A stretch of DNA of 63,698 nt, the filler included. It is 3 parts of 3 records of this genome, joined end to end, with 100 filler letters (N's around TTAATTAATTAA, not from the genome) between each part and the next. Parts side by side here need not be neighbours in the genome. Positions count along the whole stretch, not along the records: positions 19,680 to 38,740 come from SRR20825019_596; positions 38,841 to 63,698 come from SRR20825019_603; 1 more part is not named here. One strand, written 5' to 3'. This document shows, in pieces, positions 34,253 through 45,675 of the stretch. The notes beneath the pieces are model-generated. The model saw only the letters and a list, made by a program, of their open reading frames with translations. It made no database searches and was not told where the DNA came from. Positions within the stretch are counted from its first letter, which is position 1. The number at the start of each line of letters is the position of its first letter. The position numbers were made by a program, and so were the translations under genes.

Positions 34253-37075
34253 ATGTCGCTCTATAGCAGTGCTCGGGCTCCGCCAGCCTTGGCACTCAGC
34301 CCTCCCACGTACAGTGAGGCACATGAGTCCCGCAAACGTAATGCCATCGCAGAAATGAACTGGAAAGAAAATGAGGATACGCATGATGACTTTTCGAAAG
34401 GCACTCTTATCGGCGCCGAAGAAGAGGACGAAGAAGAAATCCTGAAGCAAAGAGAGAGGAGACGGCAAGAGAAAATCGAAAAGCACCAACGGCGTCTAGA
34501 AGAACGTCAGAAGAAGCTTGAAGCTGGAGAGGACTTGGATGATATCGTATCAATCGCAACTGACTCTGAAGAAGAAGCGGAGTATGTGAAGAAGGAGCTA
34601 GAATCACAGGTGAAGAAAGGGAGAAAGGCTGCGTTATTAAGGGCGAGAAATATGAGGCCCTTAGAACGGCGCGGGAAAAAAGAATACCCACTTTCGTTGT
34701 TGAAGGGCTGGATGAAGTTGGGGAAGATTGGCACGGGAGTAGCCTTGTATTTCCAATTCCTGAAGTTCATGATAATATTCTTTTCTTTTGCGAGTTTGGT
34801 GAACATACCACTTTTTGTTGTGAATTGGATGTTTGGTGAGGGTGTTGCTGATAACGTTGAGGAACCCCCATACATTGTTTATCTTTTTCGAACGAATTCA
34901 TTTATCAACTACAACTATTTGCCTCTACCGCATATGGTGATGTTTGTCTTTAACCTTGGTGTTTTGATTTCTCTTCTTCTTGTGTGGCGCTATGATCGTA
35001 TTCGTCAAGTGCGTAAAATCGACAGAGAACTTCTAACTGCACCTGACTATACATCCCAATGCCGGCGTATTCACCAGAGCGATGTTTTCTATCTATCTGG
35101 GCTGCGAGAATACATGGAACAGTACGGAGAAGTTTCAAGGTTGATTGTAATGGTGCGCTGTAGTAGTCTCGGCCCCAAGATTAAGGCTTTGGATGTATTG
35201 AGGAAAGAAATGTTCAAGTTAATGAGTCAACTGCAAATTGCAAAGACTGAGAGACACCACAGCGACGTTCAGGTTTTGGGCGCGGAACTGAAGGTCGTGC
35301 GCTCCAAGTACGGCAATCTCAAGAAGCAGCTAGACAAAATCCAGAGCAAGCCCCCTCGTGTGACAGGGGACATGTTTGTAACCTTTCGATACGAGGCCGC
35401 TAATAATGCCTTTTTGCGTGATCATCAGGTCTCACGGTGCCATAGATTTGTGAGCAACTTGACTTGCAACAAGATGTGGCCGACTCCCCGATTCCGGCGC
35501 CGTTTGTTCGCTGCATCTAGGCCGTCGGAGCCGTCGGATATTAACTTGAAGAATCTAGAGCTCACATCCAGCAAACGATACCTTAGATTGAGCATTGGTA
35601 TTGTGGCCGTTGTGATTATTCTGTGCATCAACATTGGAATCATAGTCTATGTGGAGTTCAGCACATTCGCCACACTATTCATAGTGCGACTCGCGCTTGC
35701 TGTGGTGATCTCGGTCTCCAATTTATTGCTGCGGCAGTTGCTAAAATTGATTTCTGGAATGGTGGGATCTCCCACACAGAGTCATCAGGAGGCGTTGTTG
35801 GTGCAATGGTTGACAATTTCCCAATACTTGAATTCGGTGGCCATTCCCTTTGCGACACAATACAATCCTAATACCTGGGCCAACAAAGATGGTCTTTTTC
35901 CCACGATGGGCCTTGTTATTCTCATCAATGCATTTGTTCCTGATATCACGCATACTATACAATTTGGATACAGGTTGAGGAAATGGGGTTTCTCGTGGTG
36001 TGCAAAGTCCCAGGACATGCTGAATAAGCTGGTGGAACCTCCGGATTTGCTCCTTGCAGAGCGCTATGCTGCTGTTATCAAAACATATGTGTATGGAGTT
36101 ACATTTGGTCCCTTGATGCCAGTCATATATATCATAACCCTGGCGGGGTTGCTAGTAACCAGATTAGTTGATTATTATATGCTTATCAAGGTCTATAAGA
36201 AGCCCCCGAACACTAGCGAGGAGCTGTCCGATGGTGTCCGCACATTCGTATTGTTGGGTCTGTGGACTTCTGTCGCGGCAGCCATTACGGGATTTGGATT
36301 TGAGACCATCGCATTCACAGTCGAAAATCCGGATAGAATGGGTTTTACGCTGGAATCGATGATGGTGTTTGCACTATGGTTTTTGTTCATGCTTTCTATT
36401 TTTATGACTGTTGTGTATATTGCATTTCCTGTGGAAGTACTTGCGAAAGGCAAGGACCACAATGAGTATGAAGTTAAGGATGATGATACCCCTTACGAGG
36501 CGGTACACGGGATTGAGAAATACGAGTATCCGATAGATGACAAGTTTGTGAGTGATTGGTTCGAAAAGAGCACGAACTCCAAGTGCCAGGTAATTGTGGT
36601 TGCAAATGATCAACAAAAAAGAGACGCCGGCGGAGCAGAGAAAGAAGAGGAATGGACAATCGAAAGATTAGAAGAGATTGAAATGGAAGAGAAAATTAAG
36701 GAAAAAATGGCTGAGCACGATGCTACTAGAGAGTCAAACCCTTTCAGGGATGAATCGAGCTCAGGAGATGATAGTGATGGATATGATGATCAGCCTGAAG
36801 TCGTCGAGGAACATGAGGAACAGGAGGAAGAGGACGAATCCGAATATGAATCAGACGAAGAAGGCTCAAATAGCGGCTCTGACGAGGATGGCTCCGAGGA
36901 GGATTCCGAGATGTCGGATGTATCTGACGAGGAGGTCACCGATCCAAATAATCCGAACGCAAAAGGGTCTCTTGCAGTCCGGACAGCCGGAGGCTTGCTG
37001 AATGCGAGATCCAAGGCCGCAAGGGCGATTGTAGCGCGAGCTCGCAAGAAAAAAAAATCGTTGGGTGGAAGATAG
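34253..37075 (+). CDS. OSCA/TMEM63/CSC1-like (TMC-related) multi-pass ion channel, intronless
   Basis: GTGVALYFQFLK, TAPDYT, PSEPSDINLKNL, LAERYAAVIKT, FGPLMP and VDYYMLIKVYKKPP motifs; ~9-10 hydrophobic helices; acidic tail. Confidence 0.75.
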   Translation: MSLYSSARAPPALALSPPTYSEAHESRKRNAIAEMNWKENEDTHDDFSKGTLIGAEEEDEEEILKQRERRRQEKIEKHQRRLEERQKKLEAGEDLDDIVSIATDSEEEAEYVKKELESQVKKGRKAALLRARNMRPLERRGKKEYPLSLLKGWMKLGKIGTGVALYFQFLKFMIIFFSFASLVNIPLFVVNWMFGEGVADNVEEPPYIVYLFRTNSFINYNYLPLPHMVMFVFNLGVLISLLLVWRYDRIRQVRKIDRELLTAPDYTSQCRRIHQSDVFYLSGLREYMEQYGEVSRLIVMVRCSSLGPKIKALDVLRKEMFKLMSQLQIAKTERHHSDVQVLGAELKVVRSKYGNLKKQLDKIQSKPPRVTGDMFVTFRYEAANNAFLRDHQVSRCHRFVSNLTCNKMWPTPRFRRRLFAASRPSEPSDINLKNLELTSSKRYLRLSIGIVAVVIILCINIGIIVYVEFSTFATLFIVRLALAVVISVSNLLLRQLLKLISGMVGSPTQSHQEALLVQWLTISQYLNSVAIPFATQYNPNTWANKDGLFPTMGLVILINAFVPDITHTIQFGYRLRKWGFSWCAKSQDMLNKLVEPPDLLLAERYAAVIKTYVYGVTFGPLMPVIYIITLAGLLVTRLVDYYMLIKVYKKPPNTSEELSDGVRTFVLLGLWTSVAAAITGFGFETIAFTVENPDRMGFTLESMMVFALWFLFMLSIFMTVVYIAFPVEVLAKGKDHNEYEVKDDDTPYEAVHGIEKYEYPIDDKFVSDWFEKSTNSKCQVIVVANDQQKRDAGGAEKEEEWTIERLEEIEMEEKIKEKMAEHDATRESNPFRDESSSGDDSDGYDDQPEVVEEHEEQEEEDESEYESDEEGSNSGSDEDGSEEDSEMSDVSDEEVTDPNNPNAKGSLAVRTAGGLLNARSKAARAIVARARKKKKSLGGR

Positions 37076-37190
37076 CAAGTTTAGTAGTGTTTTGTGCTTC
37101 GAGGAACTTCAGCGATGCACACGGCTGTGCTCGACATATGCCAGTGAATCCCTCCGGCTGCTTCTGGGAACTGCAGAGCTTGGGAGGACA

Positions 37191-38622
37191 TCACTTGCTG
37201 ATGGCATTAAGATTGTTCATCAGAGCAACGGTTTTCTCCATGCCCTTCTCGTTGCCCAGCTTTTCATACATTTCGAGTGCAATCTCAAAGTACTCGGTCG
37301 CCGCCTCGGTTTCTCCTACCATCGTTTTGATGATGCCTAGAGACCTAATCAATCTGAGAATCAGTAAAATGTACAGCAAGGCACATCGAGTCCCTTACGT
37401 TGCAATGCTGGCGGTTTGGTCTCGTGCGACCTCACTATCGTCACTCTTGAAATACTCGTAGCAAAAGAGGTAATCCATTTCAACGGTCTCAAGCATCTCT
37501 AGCTGCTCTTCCTCCGTCTCAGCTCCCACCCCAGCAACATGGAGCTTAGTTCGAGATAAATCAGCACCACAGCCGTAACCTGCACGTAAGTTCATACCTT
37601 GAGTTGGAGATTGGCAAGTGCAAGCAAGACTTCCATCTTGTCTCGGTCACAGTTCAGCGACTCAAATATTTCAACACTCTCCTGGAACAACTCCCCCGCA
37701 GTGTCATCGTCTCCTTGCTAACCATGCGTAGACGTTAGCTCTCCCACCCGTACATCGCGTGTGCACGTACCTTCATCTTTATTTGACCGACGCCAAAGAG
37801 AGCGAAAGCTTTCCTCCTCAGATCACCCTCTGATGTTACCTTCGAGAGCCGGCCAAGAGCACGAGCATAGTGGTCCTCAGCGACTCTGTCGTCACCAGCA
37901 CGAAGGCACAACTCCCCCAGGAGAACATGAGTCCTCGCCTCGTCTGTGTTCAGTTTCCATGCAAAATTTAGAGGTGCACCAACAATAAGACCGTGAGACC
38001 TACCCAAGCTTATGCTCTTCCGCTCTCCTCGGCTTTGTTGAGACAAAATAAGTGACGCGTTCAAGTAGCGCCTCGCCTCATCAATATCACCGGCTTTCAT
38101 CTTCAAGCCCCCAAGAACACGGAAGCACTGTCTCTAAGTCAATAACACTATCGATTGCGTCATCCCCCAACGTACCTTCATTTGACCAATGCCATCGCCC
38201 AATTTCTCAAAGACAGCAATCGCAAAGTCTAGGTCCGCAATGGACGACTGGTGTTCAGCTTGGGGCAAGTCGGACCTAAAGAGTAGCGCGCGAGCCTCTC
38301 CCATGAGAGAGTCCGCCAATCCCTCGTTGTCCTCGCTCTCGTCAATGAACTTCATTATCGCGTCAGGAGATCCGTCAAAGTTGGCCAAAATCTCGTCACG
38401 AGATAGATCAGAAAACGCAGCGCGAAAGCACTGAAGGGCGTTCTCCGCATTCTGAGCGGACTCCTCGAAGCGGCCTTTCTTGAGAAGGTTTTCAGCCCAT
38501 TGCAAGAAGGAGTTACCCTTCTTCACCGCTTCCTTCAGAGTGACTACGTCGGGTCCTACATTTTCCTTGGCAAACGAGAGAGACCCTTCTTCTCCAATAG
38601 CAGCTAGCGTACTCGAGGCCAT
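37191..38622 (-). CDS. TPR-repeat protein, multi-exon
   Basis: TPR-like helices (GDIDEARRYLNASL, ARTHVLLGELCLRAGDDRVAEDHYARAL, SLGIIKTMVGETEAATEYFEIALEMYEKLG) split by short introns. Confidence 0.7.
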
Positions 38623-38715
38623 GCCAGCTCTACATCATGTGCCGAGGAAATTGCAGTATTACAAATAGGGTTCGCCCTTCAGGTTTGGTTCGAGTGTGTC
38701 GCGGCAGTCTTGGAA

Positions 38716-38740
38716 CCCCCCCCCCCCCCCCCCCCCCCCC
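38716..38740. repeat. Poly-C25 at the contig end
   Basis: Homopolymer abutting the spacer; likely an assembly break or read artefact. Confidence 0.8.
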
Positions 38741-38840
38741 NNNNNNNNNNNNNNNNNNNNNNNNNNNNNNNNNNNNNNNNNNNNTTAATTAATTAANNNN
38801 NNNNNNNNNNNNNNNNNNNNNNNNNNNNNNNNNNNNNNNN
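38741..38840. other. Artificial contig spacer; eukaryote/bacterium boundary
   Basis: N44-TTAATTAATTAA-N44, identical to the first spacer. Confidence 0.97.
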
Positions 38841-38931
38841 CATCCATGGCTCCGCACAGTTTTGGAAAGCATCCCCCACCCACTCCCCGAACTAATGCAG
38901 ATGCCTACTAATTAAAGGCAGGAGACAACGA

Positions 38932-40047
38932 ATGAGAATTGGTGTTTTAGGGGCCGGTCAGCTTGGCCGGATGTTGGCTCTGGCTGGCTACCCGTTGGCC
39001 AAGACGTTTGTTTTCTATGATATGTCAGGTAATCCCAGTGCCGGGCTGGGTGAAGTGATTATTGATCGAGACGGTCAATACCTGGACGACCTCATTTCCC
39101 GGGTAGATCGGGTCACCTATGAGTTCGAACACTTGCCGGTGGACGTAGCAGAGCGAATTGCCAAAGAAAAGCCGGTTCACCCCTGCCCCCGAGCGCTGCA
39201 GGTTTGCCAGAATCGAGAAGCTGAAAAGACGCTCTTTGGCGAGCTTGGCATTCCCACACCAGAATGGAGAATTGCAGACAGCGCAGAGTCATTGCAGGCC
39301 GCTGCCGAAGAACTCGGTTGCCCGGTGGTTGCCAAATCCAACACCGAAGGTTATGACGGCAAGGGACAGGCAGTTCTTCGTTCACCGGAAGACGCAGCAG
39401 AGGCCTGGAAATCCATTGGTCATCCGCGTCTGATCGTCGAGAAATTCGTCGAGTTTCGCCGCGAAGTCTCCATTATTGCCGTGCGTGCCGAGGATGGCGA
39501 ACTGGCCTTCTATCCGATGGCGGAAAACGCTCATCACGAAGGTATCCTGCGTTATTCCATTGCTCCGGCACCAAAGCTGGAAAAACATGTCCAGGAAGAC
39601 GCAGAACGTTACATCAAGGCGCTGCTGAACGAACTGAATTACGTCGGCGTACTAACGCTTGAACTCTTTGAAACCGCCGAAGGTCTGGTCGCCAACGAAA
39701 TGGCACCGCGGGTCCACAACTCTGGGCACTGGACCATCGAGGGTGCCATGACCAGCCAGTTCGAGAACCACATCCGCGCCGTGAGCGGCCACCCCTTGGG
39801 AAGCACCGACGCTCGCGGTGTCAGCTGCATGATCAACATTATTGCCGAGCATGGCGACATTGAACGAATCCTTGAACTGCCTTACGCTCATGTACACCTC
39901 TACAATAAAGGCGAGCGCCCGGGCCGGAAACTTGGCCATGTGACCGTTCTGGCGGACAGCTACGAAGAATTGGTCTGGCGGGTAAAGAACTGCGCCCAGT
40001 TTTTACCCGGTTGTCCAGAGTTTAAGAGCACCCTGTCTGAGCAGTAG
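38932..40047 (+). CDS. purK: N5-carboxyaminoimidazole ribonucleotide synthase
   Basis: IGVLGAGQLGRM, TYEFEH, GYDGKGQ, NEMAPRVHNSGHWT, GRKLGHV; SD AGGAG upstream. Confidence 0.96.
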   Translation: MRIGVLGAGQLGRMLALAGYPLAKTFVFYDMSGNPSAGLGEVIIDRDGQYLDDLISRVDRVTYEFEHLPVDVAERIAKEKPVHPCPRALQVCQNREAEKTLFGELGIPTPEWRIADSAESLQAAAEELGCPVVAKSNTEGYDGKGQAVLRSPEDAAEAWKSIGHPRLIVEKFVEFRREVSIIAVRAEDGELAFYPMAENAHHEGILRYSIAPAPKLEKHVQEDAERYIKALLNELNYVGVLTLELFETAEGLVANEMAPRVHNSGHWTIEGAMTSQFENHIRAVSGHPLGSTDARGVSCMINIIAEHGDIERILELPYAHVHLYNKGERPGRKLGHVTVLADSYEELVWRVKNCAQFLPGCPEFKSTLSEQ

Positions 40048-40145
40048 GCAGGGTGCACACAAGGGGTTGATATAACTCAAAGCGCCCCTATATTTAATAA
40101 TGGCTTACATACACATAAACAGAGAGAATCAGGGAGAACGACCTC

Positions 40146-40724
40146 ATGGCATTTGAACTTCCCGCACTGCCCTATGAAAAGAACGCACTGGAACCACACA
40201 TCTCTCAGGAGACTCTTGAGTACCATTACGGCAAGCACCACAACACTTACGTAACCAAGCTCAACGGTCTGGTCGAAGGCACCGACAACGCCAACAAATC
40301 GCTCGAAGACATCATCAAGAGCGCCAGCGGCCCACTGTTCAACAACGCTGCCCAGGTCTGGAACCACACCTTTTACTGGCATTGCCTGAGCCCGAACGGT
40401 GGTGGTGAGCCTACAGGAGCGGCCAAGGACGCGATCGAAAAAGCCTTTGGTTCTTTCGAAGACTTCAAGAAAGAATTTAACGACAAGGCCGCCAACAACT
40501 TCGGTTCAGGCTGGACTTGGCTGGTGAAGAAGGCCGACGGCAGCGTTGCCATTGTTAATACCAGCAATGCCGAAACGCCGCTGACAACCGCCGACAAGCC
40601 GGTACTGACGGTCGACGTCTGGGAACACGCGTACTACATCGACTATCGCAATTCCCGTCCGAATTATCTGGAAGCGTTCTGGAAACTGGTTAACTGGGAT
40701 TTCGTCAACGAAAACCTGGCATAA
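40146..40724 (+). CDS. sodB: Fe superoxide dismutase
   Basis: HYGKHH, FNNAAQVWNHTFYW (Fe-type signature), DVWEHAYY. Confidence 0.96.
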   Translation: MAFELPALPYEKNALEPHISQETLEYHYGKHHNTYVTKLNGLVEGTDNANKSLEDIIKSASGPLFNNAAQVWNHTFYWHCLSPNGGGEPTGAAKDAIEKAFGSFEDFKKEFNDKAANNFGSGWTWLVKKADGSVAIVNTSNAETPLTTADKPVLTVDVWEHAYYIDYRNSRPNYLEAFWKLVNWDFVNENLA

Positions 40725-40763
40725 CAGCGCTTCGGATACCTTGCAGGCCACAACCTGCACGCA

Positions 40764-40790
40764 AAAACGCCCGCACTTCGCGGGCGTTTT
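40764..40790 (+). terminator. Rho-independent terminator after sodB
   Basis: AAAACGCCCGC-ACTTC-GCGGGCGTTTT. Confidence 0.85.
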
Positions 40791-40982
40791 CGTATCTGTG
40801 ATACAAACGATCTTACAAATTGATACACCCGTAGCCTGAATTATCTGGAAGAATTGCCGATACTGGGTACAGTAGGTAAAAACTGAACCATACTTGAAAA
40901 AGAATATGTCAGCCGAGAGCCCCTTTGCCCCAGGTGAGCGATACCGGGTCTCATTCAGTTGGAACGAATCAAACAGGCCTCC

Positions 40983-43043
40983 ATGCAAAATTCTTATGAG
41001 GTAGAACATCGCCTGGGGTACCGGGTGCTGCGATGGGTACTCGCCGTGGCGTTAATTAGTGGGGTCATCGTCAGCACCGTGCAGGTCATCCTTGATGCCG
41101 GACGGGTATCGCAGTCTCTCGATGATCAGGCGCGGCAAACCATGGCACTGGTCAAGGACGCATCAACCCAGGCCGTTTTCAGTATCGATGCTGACCTTGC
41201 CCAACAGGTGGTCGACGGCCTCTTTGCTCAGGAAGCCATGCGTGTCGCACGCATTACCCACCCCGACGGCGAACCTCTCGGCAGCCGTGACCGCCCTTTG
41301 AAAGAAAGCGCCTCCCGCCGGATTACGGACCCGATTTTTGAATCTGAACGTTACTATCGCAAAGAGCTTTCCCGGGACACTGGCACCGGCAATGTTTACG
41401 GTTACCTTGAGCTAAAGTACGACACTGGTCCGGCTGCCCGAACCTGGCTTGAGCGCGCTTCCATCACCTTCGCCTCCGGCATCGCGATTGCCGTCATTCT
41501 CGGAATGGTGCTGTTTGTGGTTTTCCATCTACTGCTGACGCGCCCACTGCTACGAATTGTACGCTCTGTTAAACAGGTCAACCCGGATCACCCCGATGAC
41601 AATCTGATCCACCTGCCTCACGGCCATCAGAAAGATGAATTGGGCCTTTGGGTCAACGCCACCAACAACCTCCTGGTTGCGATTGGCGACAGCCAGACCC
41701 GCCACCGGGAAGCAGAAGATCGTGTTACCCGGCTCTCAAGGTACGATCAGCTAACCGGCCTGCCCAGCCGAGACACCTTCATGGAGTTGCTCCAGGCCGA
41801 TATTGCAGACGCCAGTGATGACAACTTGGTCCTGTCACTGATCTGTTGTGGCATCGATGACTTCAAGTCCATCAACGAGCAGTGCGGTTTCCGCACCGGC
41901 GACATGATCCTGCAAACCGTGGCCGATCGCCTTACGCAGAAGCTCGGCGGTACGCGCTTTACCATCGCCCGACTGGGCAGCGACCAGTTTGTTGTGGTGG
42001 AGAAGGGGTTGAGAGACGGATTTCAGGCCGCCGACACTGCCGACCGTATACTGGCCTCTCTAAGCAGCCCGATGATCTTCGATGAGCAGACCATCACCAT
42101 GACCGCCACCCTCGGCATCGCCCTGTTTCCAGGAGACGCGAGTCAAGCCGACAGGTTGCTGCAAAACGCCGAACAAACCATGGCCCTGGCCAAGGAAGGC
42201 GGACACAATTATTTCCAGTTCTACGTTGCCAGCGTTGACCAGGAAATTCGTGAACGCAAACAGCTTGAGAAAGATCTCTCCATCGCGCTCCACAACCAGC
42301 AGTTCCACTTGGTTTACCAACCACAGATCAACCTGGAAACCCACCGGATTATCGGGGCGGAAGCGCTGATTCGCTGGGAACATCCAGAGAAGGGCCTTGT
42401 GCCACCGGATCACTTCATACCGGTGGCCGAGATGAACGGCAGTATCGTGGAAATCGGCCAGTGGGTTCTGGATCAGGCCTGCTGGCAGGCGGCGCGCTGG
42501 GCCAGAGACGGCATGCCCCTGCGCATTGCGATCAACCTTTCAGCGGTACAATTACGTCAGAACCACATCGTGGACGAGATTCTGGATACCCTGAAACGCC
42601 ACAACATCCCCGCCGGACGTCTTGAACTGGAAGTGACCGAAACCAGTTTCATGACCAATCTGGAAGACGCCGTGAAGAAGCTGAAACGCCTGCATAAAGC
42701 GGGCATCAGCATAGCGGTGGATGATTTCGGTACCGGTTACTCTTCCCTGACCTACCTCAAGCGCATGCCGGTCCAGCATCTGAAAATCGACAAGCAGTTC
42801 ATTCATGACCTGCTTGTCAACGAGGAAGACACCCGCATTGCCAACACCATCATCGACCTTGGCAAGAGTCTGAATCTGACGGTGGTGGCTGAAGGCGTTG
42901 AGACAGCTGAACAGGAATACTACCTCGCGCAGCGTGGCTGCAAACTGGCCCAGGGCTACTACTTCAGCAAGCCGCTCAAACCCCACGATTTCGAGGTATT
43001 TGTTGCTGGCTTTCACAACAAAATTGTCGAAAATAATGTCTGA
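40983..43043 (+). CDS. Membrane-bound HAMP-GGDEF(degenerate)-EAL c-di-GMP phosphodiesterase
   Basis: Two TM helices; GGDEF replaced by GSDQF; intact EALIRW and DDFGTGYSS. Confidence 0.9.
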   Translation: MQNSYEVEHRLGYRVLRWVLAVALISGVIVSTVQVILDAGRVSQSLDDQARQTMALVKDASTQAVFSIDADLAQQVVDGLFAQEAMRVARITHPDGEPLGSRDRPLKESASRRITDPIFESERYYRKELSRDTGTGNVYGYLELKYDTGPAARTWLERASITFASGIAIAVILGMVLFVVFHLLLTRPLLRIVRSVKQVNPDHPDDNLIHLPHGHQKDELGLWVNATNNLLVAIGDSQTRHREAEDRVTRLSRYDQLTGLPSRDTFMELLQADIADASDDNLVLSLICCGIDDFKSINEQCGFRTGDMILQTVADRLTQKLGGTRFTIARLGSDQFVVVEKGLRDGFQAADTADRILASLSSPMIFDEQTITMTATLGIALFPGDASQADRLLQNAEQTMALAKEGGHNYFQFYVASVDQEIRERKQLEKDLSIALHNQQFHLVYQPQINLETHRIIGAEALIRWEHPEKGLVPPDHFIPVAEMNGSIVEIGQWVLDQACWQAARWARDGMPLRIAINLSAVQLRQNHIVDEILDTLKRHNIPAGRLELEVTETSFMTNLEDAVKKLKRLHKAGISIAVDDFGTGYSSLTYLKRMPVQHLKIDKQFIHDLLVNEEDTRIANTIIDLGKSLNLTVVAEGVETAEQEYYLAQRGCKLAQGYYFSKPLKPHDFEVFVAGFHNKIVENNV

Positions 43044-43081
43044 CCACTGAGTCACCCCACCAGGAACGCAAGGAGCCGCCC

Positions 43082-43669
43082 ATGGGAACCACACTGATCG
43101 GCCTGATTGTTATTGCAGTCGTTGTTGTCTACATCGTGTTTATCTACAACCGCCTGGTATCCCTGAGAAACCAGTTCAAAAACGGATTTGCCCAGATTGA
43201 TGTTCAACTCCAGCGCCGCCACGACCTGATTCCCAACCTGGTGGAATCGGCCAAGGCCTACCTTTCCCACGAGCGCAACACCCTTACCGAAGTGATGGAA
43301 GCCCGGAATAATGCGGTCAGCGCTCAGAAGGACGCTGCGGGCGACCCGGCGGACGGGGGCAAAATCCAGCGCCTGGGAAGCGCCGAGAACATGCTCTCCA
43401 AAGCGCTCGCCAACTTTTACGCCGTGGCGGAAAACTACCCAGAGCTTAAAGCCAACGAAACCATCCAGCAGTTGATGGAAGAGCTTTCCAGCACAGAGAA
43501 CCGGGTTTCCTTTGCCCGCCAGGCCTACAACGATGGCGTCATGGGCTACAACATCTTCCGTGAACAGTTCCCCAACAACATCGTGGCCGGACTGTTCGCT
43601 TTCAAACCTTCCTCCCAGCTGGAGCTGGAATCTCCTGAGGCCCGTCAGGCGCCGAAAGTCGCCTTCTGA
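43082..43669 (+). CDS. lemA: LemA family protein
   Basis: N-terminal TM, IDVQLQRRHDLIPNLV, AENYPELKAN, FPNNIVA. Confidence 0.93.
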   Translation: MGTTLIGLIVIAVVVVYIVFIYNRLVSLRNQFKNGFAQIDVQLQRRHDLIPNLVESAKAYLSHERNTLTEVMEARNNAVSAQKDAAGDPADGGKIQRLGSAENMLSKALANFYAVAENYPELKANETIQQLMEELSSTENRVSFARQAYNDGVMGYNIFREQFPNNIVAGLFAFKPSSQLELESPEARQAPKVAF

Positions 43670-43680
43670 GGCCCGTTGCC

Positions 43681-45657
43681 ATGGCACATCCCGGTTTTTT
43701 CCAGCGCCAGGCCAGCGCCCGTCGCAACACGGGCTTGCTGGTGGCTCTGTTTCTAGCCGCGGTCGTGATCATCACGCTCCTGGTTTGTCTGGTGGGTTAT
43801 CTGGTAACCCGCAGCGAATACACCGGGCTGGCGTTTGCCGACTGGCTACTGAGCCGCCATGGGCTGTATACAGCGATAGCGGTCGTTGCCCTGATCGGTA
43901 TTGGCTCTCTGATCCGCTGGGCGGACCTGTCGGGCGGTGGCGAGCGTGTTGCAAAAATGGTCGGCGCCCGTGCGATTGACCCCGCCACCAGGGACACCGA
44001 CGAGCGTAGGCTTCGCAATATCGTGGAAGAAATGTCCATCGCCAGCGGCATCAGTGTGCCCGATCTTTACGTGATGGATCATGAAACCGGCATCAACGCC
44101 TTTGTGGCCGGCTATACGCCCGGCGAGGCGGTCATGGTGGTGACCCATGGGGCCCTGACACAACTCACCCGTGATGAGCTCCAGGGCGTCGTTGGTCACG
44201 AGTTCAGCCATGTTCTCAACGGCGATATGCGTCTGAACGTCCGTTTGATCGCCATCCTGGCCGGCATCCTGATGATCGGACAGATCGGCGCCTTCCTGCT
44301 CAGGGCATCCTTCTACCGCTCCCATGTATCCAGCCACTCATCCCGTGACCGTCGGGGCCAGGCTGTTTTCGGGCTGGTAGGTTTGGCGCTGCTGGTAATC
44401 GGCTATGTGGGCGTGTTCTTCGGAAGACTGATTCAGTCCGCGGTATCACGGCAACGGGAAATGCTGGCGGATGCCTCCTCGGTACAATTCACCCGTAACC
44501 CCGAAGGCATTGCCGGCGCGCTGTTCAAGATTGGCCTCAAAGGGGGCTATCTGGACACCACCAGCCATGCCAGTGACATGAACCACATGTGTTTTGGCGA
44601 AAGCGCACGCATGAAATTTGCAGCATTGCTGGCGTCCCACCCTCCGGTTCAGGAGCGTATCGAAGCCATCCAGCCGGGTATGTTTGCCCGCCTTCGCAGC
44701 AGGCTTAGAGACAGCGAACCGGGAAGTGCCCTTCGATCCATGGGCTCGCTCCAAACCTCCGAAACCAGTGCAGATACGGCCCATGGAGCGGTTTCCGGCT
44801 TCAGCGCAGCCCGCCCTCGCGCCTCCACATCGCCCCTGAACACCCGGCCATCGGCAGATATCTCAACGACGGTAGGCACCGTCAACAAACGCAGCGAAGA
44901 CTACGCCGTGGACCTTCTCAACCGACTGCCATCAACATTTCGCAACCTGCTTTACACCCGGGCCGGCGCCATTCAGCTGTGCTATGCGCTACTGATCTAC
45001 CAGCTTCCTGAGTCATCGCAACAGAAACGACTGGCGCTGGTCACCGCCAACGCCCTCTTTGCGCCCAACGCCGACCTGTTGAACAAACTGCTGCCCGCCC
45101 TTACCTCACTGGGCGAGGCAGTACGATTCCCGGCGCTGGAACTGGCCATGCCGGCCCTGAGAAAGCTCGATCCGGATGAGCGCAACCAGTTAATGTCGTG
45201 TACGGAGGTGTTGATCAGGGCAGACAACCGACTGAGCCTCTACGAACTGGCCATGCATACCTTTCTTCGCCGCCACCTGGCGGGAGACTCGGCCCGCCCG
45301 GTTCCGGTACGCCATCGCAGCTACCGGACAGTAACCGACCAGTTGCAAGTGCTGTTCAGCCTGATGGCCCGGGCGGGTGCTCGTCAGGGCATCGACAGCC
45401 AGGGACTGTTCACTGAGGCGATGGCAGGTTTTACCGACGGACCTAAGGAGCCGGAACTTCTGGAGACGGTGTCGATCAAGCATCTGCGGGATGCGCTTTT
45501 GGTGCTGAACACCCTGTCGCCGCTGCTAAAACCGGCAATTCTCGACGCTTGCGGCCATTGCGTGCTTGCGGATGGAGAGATCAAGACCACGGAATATGAG
45601 TTGATCCGCCTGGTGGCGGATCAACTGGACTGCCCGATGCCGCCACTGGCAGCCTGA
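43681..45657 (+). CDS. M48/HtpX-like membrane zinc metalloprotease with extended C-terminus
   Basis: INAFVAG, VVGHEFSH (HExxH), SRQREMLAD, SHPP; directly follows lemA. Confidence 0.9.
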   Translation: MAHPGFFQRQASARRNTGLLVALFLAAVVIITLLVCLVGYLVTRSEYTGLAFADWLLSRHGLYTAIAVVALIGIGSLIRWADLSGGGERVAKMVGARAIDPATRDTDERRLRNIVEEMSIASGISVPDLYVMDHETGINAFVAGYTPGEAVMVVTHGALTQLTRDELQGVVGHEFSHVLNGDMRLNVRLIAILAGILMIGQIGAFLLRASFYRSHVSSHSSRDRRGQAVFGLVGLALLVIGYVGVFFGRLIQSAVSRQREMLADASSVQFTRNPEGIAGALFKIGLKGGYLDTTSHASDMNHMCFGESARMKFAALLASHPPVQERIEAIQPGMFARLRSRLRDSEPGSALRSMGSLQTSETSADTAHGAVSGFSAARPRASTSPLNTRPSADISTTVGTVNKRSEDYAVDLLNRLPSTFRNLLYTRAGAIQLCYALLIYQLPESSQQKRLALVTANALFAPNADLLNKLLPALTSLGEAVRFPALELAMPALRKLDPDERNQLMSCTEVLIRADNRLSLYELAMHTFLRRHLAGDSARPVPVRHRSYRTVTDQLQVLFSLMARAGARQGIDSQGLFTEAMAGFTDGPKEPELLETVSIKHLRDALLVLNTLSPLLKPAILDACGHCVLADGEIKTTEYELIRLVADQLDCPMPPLAA

Positions 45658-45675
45658 GATCAGCCCCTTGGCCGA

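Noticed and set aside
38841-38896. purE C-terminus upstream of purK
   Set aside because: The short visible peptide (HPWLRTVLESIPTHSPN) is not recognisable as PurE and is too short to call.
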